From contig NIVC01003032.1 of the NCBI GenBank assembly GCA_002269645.1, positions 59,934-123,933 on the forward strand: 64,000 bases of DNA. Reading direction: 5' to 3'. A program made the translations under genes and the position numbers. Under the pieces are notes generated by a model. It saw only the letters and a program-made list of their open reading frames with translations. It ran no database searches and was not told the DNA's origin. This DNA comes from Macrostomum lignano. Lineage: Eukaryota. Below, one piece after another: positions 1 through 13,155 of the stretch; the stretch's first letter is position 1; the number at the start of each line of letters is the position of its first letter.

Positions 1-410
1 GATAGATGGATAGATAGACAGGCAGGTAGACAGACTGGCAGACCGACAGAAAACCACTTTTAATTGAAGAAGAATGGATGAGAGATCTTTCGTGTTGTGT
101 TTCAAGTGCACTTGTCTCTCCTAGGGGCCAAGAATATTCGACCCTCCGCTCTGCGCATCTCTCCTGCGCTCACTCCAGTACTTTTTTGAGTGCCGATGAG
201 CTGCCAGCTGTGCCTCATCAAGATCGCTCTTAAGATTTGAAGATTTCCAGCCAGAGGGACTGCTCGGGTAGCGCATGCATATTCTGGAGAACTCGTGCAG
301 AGTGTACGGTAGAACTGTACTATAGATTTTACTCATGTAAAAGATCTCTTATTGAGATTCAAGCGTTGCGATAATTCGGTCTCAACCAATCTCATCTATC
401 TAATGCACAA

Positions 411-2325
411 TTGAGAAGCCTCAATGCCGCTCCCAAAAAGCAACACCAAAGGCTCTTAAACACGAAAAAAAGCCAACTCACGAAAGAAAAGTTACTATTG
501 AGACTTTTTAGCCGGCTTAGCGAATTCCATTCAAGCAATGGGTCTCGAAGAAGCAGAAGCAGATGTCAGGGGATGGCTGCAAGCATAGATGGATTAATGC
601 TCAAGCAGCAAGGAACTTTCTCACGCACTATAGCAGACTGGCTGAGTGAGCAGCTACTCAAGGGGACTCATTTGCCCCAGCAGTATTGGATTAATGCGGC
701 ATCCTCACTGGCACTGGGCCTGAGGGCGGTGATCGATCACTGCATGGCAAGTCCATCATTCGACACGCTCTCAGAATCCTTTTCACTCCATTATGAGAAT
801 CATCTTACACAGTCGGCTTCATCGATTATTGAGGCATTGCGGAGGCTGCTTAAGCTTCTAACGCTGTTACCTGTCCATAGACATGTCACACATGCCTTCA
901 CTATAGACAAGACACATATCACAGTGCCATAGACACATGTCATAATGTACCATAGACACATGCCAGTACCATAGTCACACGCCATATGTACCATAGTCAC
1001 ACGCCATATGTACCATAGACACACGCCATATGTACCATAGACACACGCCATATGTACCATAGACACAGGCCATATGTACCATAGTCACACGCCATATGTA
1101 CCATAGACACACGCCATATGTACCATAGACACAGGCCATATGTACCATAGACACACGCCATATGTACCATAGTCACACGCCATATGTACCATAGTCACAC
1201 GCCATATGTACCATAGACACACGCCATATGTACCATAGACACACGCCATATGTACCATAGACACAGGCCATATGTACCATAGTCACACGCCATATGTACC
1301 ATAGACACACGCCATATGTACCATAGACACAGGCCATATGTACCATAGACACACGCCATATGTACCATAGTCACACGCCATATGTACCATAGTCACACGC
1401 CATATGTACCATAGACACACGCCATATGTACCATAGACACACGCCATATGTACCATAGACACAGGCCATATGTACCATAGTCACACGCCATATGTACCAT
1501 AGTCACACGCCATATGTACCATAGACACATGCCAGTTCCAAATCAGACCGCATCAAATAGCATCCGCTCCGAACTACGTCAAGGAATTCAGTATTGATGA
1601 AATTTATAGAAGTTCTGCATTCTGATTGGCTGAATCCAGCACCAGATGTCGTATCTGCTGTATAAGTAACCCCGTTGGATACTAATGATTTGCTAAATTT
1701 CCAAAATCAGTACAAGAAAGCTCACCTATTACAAGCCTGTTAAAATGCCACCCACCGTATAACTGGCCCTCGCTCTGATAGCTCTGATTCACCTGATTGA
1801 TTACCCAGCTCTCGCCTTGAACCAACCGGGTAAGACAGCGAGAACTTCTTTCAAACTTAATATCAAGAAAAATTCTCATTTTTCTACCCTAGTTGCTTCT
1901 GTCCCAATTTATTAAATTTCAGATTTTTCACCTGAAGAAATTGCCAGCCTTAATGAGGCTGTGGAAAAGCGATTCACAGGTAAACACCTAGGGGTCGTAC
2001 TATAAAGCTGTCGTAGCGTAAGTTCGATCGTACGTCGGAACTTTTACACGGCGGAGATAGGAGCTAAGAACGATCGTATCTTACGATGGCTTTATAGAAC
2101 GGGCCCCTATTCTGCACGGCGTAAACACGAGTCTGTTTTGTAAATACCTTGATTTTAAGCAAGAATTATGGATTTATCGCTCCTCCTGCAGACCCGGAGA
2201 GCCTGTTCGGCAGTCCGCTGCAGTGGAACAGCGAGGACATCGAGTTCCGGCCGGCCTCCAGCACTGCGGGCTTCAAGCCGCTGAGAGGCAAGAGGACCCG
2301 AGGCCGAGGCAGACCTGACAACTGA
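411..2325 (+). CDS. Probable 3' exons of an unidentified spliced gene (fragmentary)
   Basis: Candidate exon 1923-1979 has AG/GT flanks (DFSPEEIASLNEAVEKRFT). A GC3-rich terminal frame KNYGFIAPPADPESLFGSPLQWNSEDIEF...RPDN ends at TGA 2323-2325. ORF 411-932 looks protein-like. I recognised no family and could not join all phases. Confidence 0.3.
905..1530. repeat. 22-bp minisatellite (GCCATATGTACCATAGACACAC)n
   Basis: Direct tandem copies, about 27 units, with GAC/GTC variants. Confidence 0.95.
1991..2107. mobile_element. Short MITE remnant with TA flanks
   Basis: Left end GGGGTCGTACTATAAAGCTGTCGTAG matches the reverse complement of the right end, GGGGCCCGTTCTATAAAGCCATCGTAAG. TA lies on both sides. 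Confidence 0.55.
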
Positions 2326-2516
2326 GCAGCTTATTAGACTGCAGACTAAACTACTCACACCTGTACTCGAGCTTAACACCTTCGATTCGAAAGGAGCTCA
2401 TTAAAGTTTCATGCCAATTCGGAAAACTTTGAATTAAAACTAAGTAGGATCCCTGCAAGAATTGGCTCGCATATTTTAATTAGCGTTTTGTCTTACTATA
2501 AGTAGAGAAATAAGCA

Positions 2517-2850
2517 AAATGCATAGAAATGGCGCCAACATGCATAGAAATGGCGCCATGCCCATAATGCATAGAAATGGCGCCAAAGTGCATAGAAATG
2601 GCGCCAAAATGCATAGAAATGGTGCCATCATGCATAGAAATGGCGCAAAAATGCATAGAAATGGCACCAAAATGCATAGAAATGGCACCAAAATGCATAG
2701 AAATTGCGCCAAAATGCATAGAAATGGTGCCAAAAATGCATAGAAATAGCGCCGAAATGCATAGAAATGGCGCCAAAGGGCATAGAAATGGCGCCGAAAT
2801 GCATAGAAATGGCGCCAAAATGTATAGAAATGGTGTCATAATGTACACAA
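2517..2850. repeat. 21-bp minisatellite (ATGCATAGAAATGGCGCCAAA)n
   Basis: About 15 tandem units; they generate the MHRNGAK ORFs. Confidence 0.95.
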
Positions 2851-3356
2851 TTTAGTCTAGGAGTGCACATATGAAACTCCATGAAATGAAGACCTATTCC
2901 CTCCCATTCATTCCTCGCCAACAGTAATTCAAGTGCATCGGAAATCTCAGTGCAAACGTTTAGGCTAATTTTTTAATAAGGCTAATCGTTTAAACTTGTG
3001 CCCGTTTTAACTATGCACCTCAGCACAGAGCCGCACAGGTTATCCCCCCTGTCCGCAGCGAATATTGAATGGGAATTCAGTCAAGTTTGTATGGCACGCC
3101 TGCATGGGCCACAGTGCCTTATCTTATCAGTTCTGGCGCACCCTCCAGGGCAAACGGCCTCACATAAGGGTGGGAGCAACCCCCTCCAACCTCCAACTGA
3201 TAAGGAAAGTGGGGACGCCAGGTGTGCAGTCTGAGTAGGCCCAATAATAGCTATCTGTATGCACATGCATTTTATAGCGGACTCATCAAGAATCAGGGAA
3301 GCGAGGCGCACAAGAATTGTCTTCGGTCTTTTCATCTGTCAGTCTGTCGAGTAAAA

Positions 3357-4070
3357 ATGCAAATCACAGCATTTGTCTTTGCACTGCTGTCCCTGCCTGC
3401 TCTGGTGGCAGCGCAGGCGGCCTCGGCCGGCATCCAGTACATCATTGTGATCGACGCTGGCAGCACGGGCACCCGGCTGAACGCCTACAAGTTCCAGCTG
3501 GACGGCAGCCACTCCACCGGGCTGAGGATCCTCGAGCTGAGGGACAAGAAGATCTCGCCAGGCATGTCGGCCTACAAGAACTTCCCGGGCCGCCTGCGGC
3601 AGGCTCTCAGCCCGCTGATGAAATTTGCCGAAGCTTACGTGCCGGCCAGTTTCCATGGCAACACCACGGCGATAGTGCGAGCGACTGCCGGCCTGCGACT
3701 GCTGGCGCCGAGGGATCGAGCCGCGGTGTCCCGGGTTGTCGTTGAAGTGCTGCGCAAGTCGCCATTCTTGGTGCCGGCCGCGGACGACAGGGCTGTGCGA
3801 GTCATCTCGGGCAGGGAGGAGGCCGAGTACGGCTGGGTGTCCGTGAACTTCCTCATGGACACCTTCGACCAGCCGGGCGAAGAGACTTACGGCATGTTGG
3901 ACATGGGAGGCGGCTCCACCCAGATCACCTTTGTGCCTAAGGAGGACGACTTGCAGGTGCGTAGTATCCTCAGATTAGTTAGTTAGTCAGTCAGTCAGTC
4001 AGTAGTTAGTTAGTTAGTTAGTTAGCTAGTTATTTATTTATTTATTTATTTATTTACTTAGTTAGTTAGC

Positions 4071-4129
<59 letters not shown>

Positions 4130-4174
4130 CTAGTTAGTTAGTTAGTTAGTTAGCTAGTTAGTTAGTTAGTTAGC

Positions 4175-4221
<47 letters not shown>

Positions 4222-4222
4222 C

Positions 4223-4277
<55 letters not shown>

Positions 4278-4278
4278 C

Positions 4279-4333
<55 letters not shown>

Positions 4334-5145
4334 CTAGCTAGCAACCGGCCGCCATCACAACCTGCCAGGACAGCTACCGAGTCGTGTTCGAAACGGTGCG
4401 GGGCCGGAACTACGCCCTGCACCAGCACAGCTACCTGGGCCTCGGCATGTCGCAGGCCATCCTCACAATGCTCGGCCACATCGACGCCACCGCGGAGCCG
4501 ACAGCCAACCTCAGTCGCTACGTGTCGCCCTGCCTTCACCCGGACTTTTCATCGACCTTCAGCTTCGGCAGCGTCACTGTAGACGTCGCGGGAGATCCCG
4601 ACGTTGCTCCGGCTGACCGGCTGTCCGTCTGCCTCCGCGCCGCCCGACGCGCCCTCGCCGGCGGCAACGTGCACCAGCCGCCGGGCGTGAAGCACGCCAA
4701 GTTCGTGGCCGTCAGCTCATTCTTCTATGTGGCCCGCCAGCTGGTTGACTCGGACCCGCAGTGGCGCGCCGCTGTTCCCGGCAACGTGACGTTGATGCAG
4801 CTCGCCCAGGCCGCCGGGCGGATGTGCGCCAATCCGCCAACCTCTGGCAGGTACGCGCCCTACCTGTGCTTCAACCTGGCCCACATTATCACCCTGCTCA
4901 GGGAGGGCTACCGCTTCCAGGACGAGCAGGCGCTATACGTCACTGACGCAATCGACGGCTACTCGGCTGGCTGGTCTCTGGGCCTGGCAATCCACTACCT
5001 GACCTGCCACGACCCCGTCATCGTCCGTTGTCTGGTGCCGAACTCGAGCCGCGGCTCCGCTGCCGCATCCCCGGAACTCTGGAGCTTCTTCATGACGGCT
5101 GCCGAGCTGCTGCTGCCTTCCGTCATCAACGCCGCTGGCGCTTGA
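3357..5145 (+). CDS. GDA1/CD39-family nucleoside di/triphosphatase (apyrase, ENTPD5/6-like); join(3357..3956,4369..5145), 458 aa
   Basis: Signal peptide MQITAFVFALLSLPALVAAQ. All five apyrase conserved regions are present: IDAGSTGTR, ATAGLR, GREEAEYGWVSVN, LDMGGGSTQ, GWSLG. The phase-0 GT-AG intron 3957-4368 joins the two ORFs. Confidence 0.93.
3975..4340. repeat. (GTTA)n microsatellite filling the NTPDase intron
   Basis: Direct reading, with short (TTTA)n and (GTCA)n interruptions. Confidence 0.97.
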
Positions 5146-5494
5146 CGAGCTTCTTAATTGGCTGATTGGGTTGCTTTTTTTACCTGTACAGACGGACAGG
5201 GACAAGTCAGGGAAGGTGACCTCTGGTTTTCTGAGGGTTGGCTCTTTATTTTACATGAGAAAAAATGTTTTTGCAATAATACATTGCTGCAAATAACTTC
5301 GGATATCTACTATCCTTTTGGACCTAAACTACAATTTATAATAGCAATTCAGAGACTAAGCCTGCCTACTTACAGTAGCTTTATCGCAACTTTACTTTCT
5401 ATCAGTACAAATTGACTTTCTCAGAGAACATGATCCCGGCCCATTTTACTAGGGGTCAGCTACCCCTGTCCAAAAGGTTGGTGGAAAGAGAGAC

Positions 5495-5502
5495 AGACAG
5501 CG

Positions 5503-5551
<49 letters not shown>

Positions 5552-5574
5552 CTAAGACAGACAGACAGACACTA

Positions 5575-5611
<37 letters not shown>
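5495..5611. repeat. (GACA)n microsatellite
   Basis: Direct reading. Confidence 0.95.
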
Positions 5612-6074
5612 TAAATCTCTCCGAGGCGCACTTCAAGCTGGCAGCATCTACTCAGCGCGGTCGGAAATGTGTTTGCAGCTGCACTGTGCTCGAATTCCTG
5701 TTCTGAAAAATATCATAAATTATCCCAGGCAGAGAGACCCAGACGGCTCGCATTGTCAGAACTAAGTTTATGGGACTCTGGTGGCTCATAGCGATTCGAA
5801 TCACGACTTAGCTTGAGCAGACGAAGGATAAATAGTGAGCAGTCAGCTGAGTGCTCCTCAGCCTACCTCCAAAGATAACAAACAGGATTGGCAACTGTGT
5901 CTTTGAATAGGGCTTCAAGTTTATGCACTCCCTGTGAAAACATTAATTTCTACCTAACTTTGTAGCTTCCGATACATGCAGAGATTCAGATTGATTCAGA
6001 GCATTGTGATATTTATGGAACTGAAAGCTAAGTTGGTGACTCGGGCCCAAAAATGGTCTATCTCATAAGTTTAA

Positions 6075-6710
6075 AGACAATAGAATAGGATATAATCGAT
6101 AGAATAGGATAGAATTCATTGAATAGGAAAGAATCCATTCAATAGATAGAATCGATTGAATATGATACTCGTAGAATCGATATTACGCTCGTATAGGATA
6201 GAATAGGATAGAATTGATATTATAGGATAGAATAGGATAGAATCGATTAAATAGGATAGAATTGATATTATAGGATAGAATAGTATAGAATCGATTAAAT
6301 ATGATACTCGTAGAATCGATTAAATAGGATAGAATTGATATTATAGGATAGAATAGTATAAAATTGATTAAATCGAATAGAATCGATATTATAGGATAGA
6401 ATAGGATAGAATCGATTAAATATAATACTCGTAGAATCGATATTATAGGATAGAATAGGATAGGATCCATTAAATAGGATAGAATCGATATTATAGGATA
6501 GAATAGGATAGAATCAATTAAATAAGATAGAATCGATATCATAAGATAGAATAGGATAGAATCCATTAAATAGGATAGAATCGATTGAATAGGATAGAAT
6601 CGATATTATAGGATAGAATAGGATAGAATCGATTAAAAGGATGAAGTATAGTTGATGGAATAAGAAGGATCAGTTTGTAAGATATAATTGAAAAAAAGAA
6701 TTGAATAGGA
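6075..6710. repeat. Degenerate AT-rich satellite based on ATAGGATAGAAT / AATCGAT
   Basis: Recurring ATAGGATAGAATCGAT motifs. Confidence 0.9.
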
Positions 6711-7383
6711 TACATGTCAGTCCCAGTCAGCGGTGCAGTGATTTTCATATACCATTGCAATGGTGGACAGAGAGATGCCATTATGCATGCATGCAGGGCG
6801 GAGTCCGGGAGAGCCGTTAATAACGCTACTCTAACTCTACAGAAGTACCGCATTACGCTCGTAATAATTTCCAGACTTGGTTGCGGAAAATCCGATCTTC
6901 ACAGCTACTGCAAAACTAAGAAATGAGAACAGAGAAAAATCTCATTAGTTACTTTTCAACAGGCAGGTGGCTCTCGCCAGATTCTTACAGTAACTCAAGA
7001 TTTTCGAAGGCTCCAGCCATCTCTCCATGAGCCTTGGAATTGTGTATATATTCCGCTAAAAACGGCCACTATTGTCTTTGTACGCCCGCAGTCTGTTGTT
7101 GAAGTCAGGCTGTTTGAAAAATTACATCTCTTCTGGCATCTGCCGCCCCTGCACTCCCTCATTAGGGCAGGGCGAGGAGGCCTGAGAGATACCGACAGCC
7201 AATGACAATGAGAGAAGAAGGGAAAGAGGGGGCAGAGAGGGTGAAAGACAAGACAAGAGGGTGAAAACTTGCTACATAAGCTGCAGTCGTGATGATTCAA
7301 TGCAAGACTAAACCCATGTGCAGCGGTGTTGTATACTGCACAGCTCAATTTGACTGCAATACTCGAACTATTTTGTTCATAAG

Positions 7384-9406
7384 GCCCCGAAGACCATCAA
7401 GTTTGTTAGAGGAACCTATGCAGTTTGGCATGCCGCTCCGGCAACCTGAGTCGGTCGGCATGCCCTCAGTCAGCAGTCGCTTGTCCAATCGACAGGCGCA
7501 CCAGGTGTCCAGAAACCGATGGACTTCGCGGCTCTGCGGTTGCTTCTCCGCTAACTCGGAAGCAACTGTCGATGCGTGGACGAATGGTAAGTACATTTAT
7601 GTCCCTGAAAGCTCACCTTATCGCGGTGTTCGGATAACATTTACAAATGTTTTTGATTACATGCAGTACGTAGCCGTAGCTAGAGATCAAAGGTAGAAGT
7701 GCGGAAGGCCATTATAATCATCCCTCAGCGATCCTCCTCAACTGCCGTGCTTGTGTTTCAGTTGATTTCCGCCATTATTTTGGAGCCCTTCAGATTGTGA
7801 AGAGGAATCTATAGCGAGTAATAAACATTCGCCAACGCCGTATTTAACCCTTATGCTTTCGATGCCCACGCAGCGAAGCGGGCATGCCTTAGACTGGCTG
7901 CCCCCGCAGCGAGCTCGATAGTGTTTCTCCCGCGGCCAGCTAGCCTGCAGCTGCTGCCGTGCTTTTCCAGCTGCGTCGAGACAAAAGTACATACCCCGTA
8001 TGAGGAGATTTGGCTAGAAGATCGGCCTAGCTATGTAGGAATTCCTAGGAGACATCAAATGCAATGAAGCCCTCCTCGCCTAGCGCCTAATCAACATTCT
8101 ACTTTTTGCCAATACTTGCTACCAACTGTTCTCTACTTGTCGCAGTGTTGCCTCTGACAATGCAAATTTTTAGGCAGGCCCCTGCTGAACAGGCCTGATC
8201 GTCAATTGCAACAGAATTCCGAGCATTTAGAAGAGAATTCAAAGCAGAATTCAGAGAAAAACCGTCCAGAGCAGCGTCCAGACCTGTGCTCGGAGCAGCG
8301 TCCAGACCTGTGCTCGGAGCAGCGTCCAGACCAGTGCTCGGAGCAGCGTCCAGACCAGTGCTCGGAGCAGCGTCCAGACCAGTGCTCGGAGCAGCGTCCA
8401 GACCAGTGCTCGAAACAGCGTCCAGACCAGTGCTCGGAGCAGCGTCCAGACCAGTGCTCGAAGCAGCGTCCAGACCAGTGCTCGGAGCAGCGTCCAGACC
8501 AGTGCTCGGAGCAGCGTCCAGACCAGTGCTCGAAGCAGCGTCCAGACCAGTGCTCGGAGCAGCGTCCAGACCAGTGCTCGGAGCAGCGTCCAGACCAGTG
8601 CTCGGAGCAGCGTCCAGACCAGTGCTCGGAGCAGCGTCCAGAGCAGTGCTCGGAGCAGCGTCCAGACCAGTGCTCGGAGCAGCGTCCAGACCAGTGCTCG
8701 GAGCAGCGTCCAGAGCAGAATCCAGAAAAGCGTCCAGCTCATTCAATGCAAATTTCGATGCAACATTACCAACCAAAATCACAGCTACATGTTGGCAACT
8801 ACGCTAACTTGTCAGTCAGTCAAAGGGCAAAAAAACCAGGTCACGAATACGTCAGCCTGCCGCACATAGGTCAGCGTGCTCAAGTGGCTGGCCACGTGGA
8901 ACCGTGCTCAGCCTACATGGACATCGATTACTCAACCGGCGTTGGCAGGCCGGCTGCGACCGACTGGCAGAAGCAGCACGCAGCCGTTTTGAGGTGATTT
9001 TTCATAAAATTTCTCGTAGTTAAAAATCATTAGAAATACTCCGAGCTATACGAGCTATATACACCAGAAGCTTAAGCTTAAATTTGTAAAGTCAGACCCG
9101 ACCATCAAATTTATGTCGATTTCGGCATATCCGTCATGCGATTCGATACCTCATTTGATGGCGGTCTAATCGAGCTTTTACCGCTAAGCTACTCTGCACC
9201 CTAACCCCTAATTAGCAGGTGTTCTGCCAGTTCTTGCCAGCATCAGCAGCAGGGACACCAGCAGCTGGACTATGCTCAGCTTGACAACATTCAAGCTGCA
9301 TCTTCTAATGACACCAAGCCGAAACCAGAAGCCGCGGCAGCAGGGGCTGTTGTCTACTGCGAGATCGACCTGCGAGCTACCGCCGCCCTTGCGGACACGC
9401 TTCGAG

Positions 9407-9463
<57 letters not shown>

Positions 9464-9594
9464 CATCAGACAGTCGAGACGCTCCTCAGCGGGCCTCCTC
9501 ATTCACGCGCATCCGGTCCACCGTGAGCCGGTCCCTCAGCCGCCTCTCGGCCCGGCGTCAGCTGAGCTCGCCATCTTCGGGAGCGGAAAATTGA
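7384..9594 (+). CDS. C-terminal exons of a Gab/DOS/FRS2-like tyrosine-phosphorylated docking adaptor; exons 7384..7586, (8174 or 8785)..8993, 9219..9594
   Basis: Phase-consistent exons carry Tyr motifs YANL, YVSL and YMDI. A tandem pair LDYAQLD ... VVYCEIDLRATAAL matches the bisphosphoryl SHP2-binding motif pattern of DOS/Gab1/FRS2. A poly-Q tract follows and the stop is TGA 9592-9594. I did not identify the N-terminal PH/PTB domain. Confidence 0.6.
8268..8715 (+). repeat. 24-bp minisatellite (GAGCAGCGTCCAGACCAGTGCTCG)n, about 19 units, possibly coding EQRPDQCS
   Basis: Tandem units. The frame is open and continuous with the adaptor exon that ends at 8993. Confidence 0.95.
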
Positions 9595-9894
9595 ATTTTA
9601 ATAAATTATTTCCAATGCTTTTCTGCTGTTTCTCTTCACCGAACTTAACCTGCCGTCGAGGCGCGTCCTTTCTCTCTGTATTAACAAAGTCTGTCTGTTG
9701 TGTCGCAATGTTTTGCATTCTCACCTTTTCGTCTCGTCGAGTCATCAGGTCGACCTGACTACCAAGTCCTACTGTACATGTAAGTACATGGATAGACTGT
9801 ACTGAATGTTGTCTGCATTCGAATAAGAAAATATAGAATCTGTCTTTTGATTATCGCTCTACTTTTCCTGCTTATACATCAGTGCATCAGAGCC

Positions 9895-11625
9895 TCACAT
9901 TCATGACAGCACCCCTCACATTCATGACAGCACTTCTGACATCCATGACAGCACCTCAGACATCCACGACAGCACCTCTGACATCCATGACAGCACCCCT
10001 CACATTCATGACAGCACCTCTGACATCCATGACAGCACCTCTGAAATCCATGACAGCACCCCTCAAATCCATGACAGCACTCCTCAAATCCATGTTAGCA
10101 CCCCTCACATCCATGACAGCACCCCTCAAATCCATGACAGCACCCCTCAAATCCATGACAGCACCCCTCACATCCATGACAGCACCCCTCAAATCCATGA
10201 CAGCACCCCTCAAATCCATGACAGCACCCCTCAAATCCATGACAGCACCCCTCACATCCATGACAGCACCCCTCAAATCCATGACAGCACCCCTCAAATC
10301 CATGACAGCACTCCTCAAATCCATGACAGCACCCCTCACATCCATGACAGCACCCCTCAAATCCATGACAGCACCCCTCAAATCCATGACAGCACCCCTC
10401 AAATCCATTACAGCACCCCTCACATCCATGACAGCACCCCTCAAATCCATTACAGCACCCCTCACATCCATGACAGCACCCCTCAAATCCATGACAGCAC
10501 CCCTCAAATCCATGACAGCACCCCTCAAATCCATTACAGCACCCCTCAAATCCATGACAGCACCCCTCAAATCCATGACAGCACCCCTCAAATCCATGAC
10601 AGCACCCCTCAAATCCATGACAGCACTCCTCAAATCCATGTTAGCACCCCTCACATCCATGACAGCACCCCTCAAATCCATGACAGCACCCCTCAAATCC
10701 ATGACAGCACCCCTCAAATCCATGACAGCACCCCTCAAATCCATGACAGCACCCCTCACATCCATGACAGCACCCCTCAAATCCATGACAGCACCCCTCG
10801 CATCCATGACAGCACCTCAGACATCCATGACAGCACCCCTCGCATCCATGACAGCACCCCTCACATCCATGACAGCACCTCTGACATCCATGACAGCACC
10901 TCTGACATCCATGGCAGCACCCCTCACATCCATGACAGCACCTCTGACATCCATGACAGCACCCCTCACATCCATGACAGCACCCCTCACATCCATGACA
11001 GCACCCCTCACATCCATGACAGCACCTCTGACATCCATGACAGCACCTCTGACATCCATGACAGCACCCCTCACATCCATGACAGCACCCCTCACATCCA
11101 TGACAGCACCCCTCAAATCCATGACAGCACCCCTCACATTCATGACAGCACCCCTCACATTCATGACAGCACCCCTCACATCCATGACAGCACCCCTCAC
11201 ATCCATGACAGCACCCCTCACATCCATGACAGCACCTCAGACATCCACGACAGCACCTCAGACATCCATGACAGCACCCCTCACATCCATGACAGCACCT
11301 CAGACATCCATGACAGCACCCCTCACATCCATGACAGCACCCCTCACATCCATGACAGCACCTCAGACATCCACGACAGCACCTCAGACATCCATGACAG
11401 CACCCCTCACATCCATGACAGCACCTCAGACATCCATGACAGCACCCCTCACATCCATGACAGCACCCCTCACATCCATGACAGCACCTCAGACATCCAT
11501 GACAGCACCTCAGACATCCATGACAGCACCCCTCACATCCATGACAGCACCCCTCACATCCATGACAGCACCCCTCAAATCCATGACAGCACCCCTCACA
11601 TCCATGACAGCACCTCTGACATCTT
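9895..11625. repeat. 21-bp minisatellite (CATCCATGACAGCACCCCTCA)n, about 80 units
   Basis: Direct tandem array; it explains the 645-aa SMTAPLT ORF. Confidence 0.97.
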
Positions 11626-12604
11626 CAACAGCACTCCCAACACCCCATATAGTGACAAGCCTAACAACACCACAATATCTCCATGGCACCCATAAAAACT
11701 ACCCTGACAACGAATTCCGCCTCATATTTCACTACACCGAGCCAACAATGTCCTGTACAATCGCGCAGGGTTACGTGTACTCATTTATATATCTGAAAGC
11801 CGCAGAGGCACCTGATTGAATTCTGCAGACCGCAATCCGACTAGTGCAAAACTTCCTCAGTCACTAAGCAATCAATCACAGCGGGTAGCAACTAAAACTG
11901 GAATTTCTATCTATCAGTCCCCGAGCGGCAAGCCGCATTCTTCAGATAGAATTTCGCCGATCAATTTGAGTACAGAAACAAGTCCCCCAGACCCCCCTGT
12001 CCCCTGGCAAAAGTGCAGCGGCTTCCCAGCCAAGAAGTAAACAATAAATGAGTTAACAAAATTAAGAAAACTTTTTTATTAAATGTGAGAAGCATCTAAA
12101 AATCATAAATGTTTGTTCGGTGCGGTGCATTCCAGCTGATTCCTGCATGAAAACGGGGGGCATTCATTGGTGACGAGGCGCTTTACAAACGATCGCATAC
12201 ATAGGAGCAACTGAAGGAAATATTTTTGAAACTCTATGCTCAAAAGTCGCTACTAACGATTCTCTCATGCGAGTAGTGCAATCAGCGTTTAGCTTAAAAT
12301 TGAATAACTTGAAAAAAACGATTTTTTGTAAAAAAAACAAGCTGCACCTTACAAATATGTGAACGCATTAATACGGCTACCACCCACCCCCCACGGAGTT
12401 GTTAAAACTTAAATTCATGAGCCAAATTCTATAGAAACAAACTAAAATCAACATCTTTTCTTTAAAAAGACAATTTGACGACGACAAAAACTATAAAAAA
12501 CGGTACAAAAATACAGCGACGGCAGCGCACCAATATCTGATGAATTCTGGAACATCTTGCTCTGCTAGCAGAACTTTAGCCTCTTTTTTTCAGCCAGGGG
12601 TCCG

Positions 12605-13155
12605 AGGTAACTAATTAGGGTATCGATTTTACCCAAAGGTAACTAATTAGGGTATCGGTTTTACCCAAAGGTAACTAATTAGGGTATCGATTTTACCCCA
12701 AGGTAACTAATTAGACTAATTAACGGGTATCGGTTTTACCCAAAGGTAACTAATTAGGGTATCGATTTTACCCAAAGGTAACTAATTAGGGTATCGATTT
12801 TACCCCAAGGTAACTAATTTGGGTATCGATTTTACCCCAAGGTAACTAATTAGACTAATTAACGTATCGATTTTACCCAAAGGTAACTAATTAGGGTATC
12901 GGTTTTACCCAAAGGTAACTAATTAGGGTATCGATTTTACCCAAAGGTAACTAATTAGACTAATTAGGGTATCGGTTTTACCCAAAGGTAACTAATTAGG
13001 GTATCGATTTTACCCAAAGGTAACTAATTAGACTAATTAGGGTATCGGTTTTACCCAAAGGTAACTAATTAGGGTATCGATTTTACCCAAAGGTAACTAA
13101 TTAGGGTATAGATATTACCCAAAGGTGACTAATTAGGGTATCTATTTTACCCCAA
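12605..13155. repeat. 32-bp minisatellite (GGTAACTAATTAGGGTATCGATTTTACCCAAA)n
   Basis: About 16 units, some with an internal ACTAATTAG duplication. Confidence 0.95.

Noticed and set aside
121-336. Minus-strand ORF as a retrotransposon fragment
   Set aside because: No RT, endonuclease or integrase motif recognisable.
7791-7920. Extra adaptor exon (DCEEES...YLTL)
   Set aside because: The acceptor phase fits, but the frame hits TAG before a convincing donor; left unresolved.
9882-11819. 645-aa ORF (SMTAPLT repeats) as a mucin or antifreeze-like gene
   Set aside because: It is a pure 21-bp array that is open on both strands, with no signal peptide or splice context linking it to a gene. The same applies to most repeat-derived ORFs in the track.
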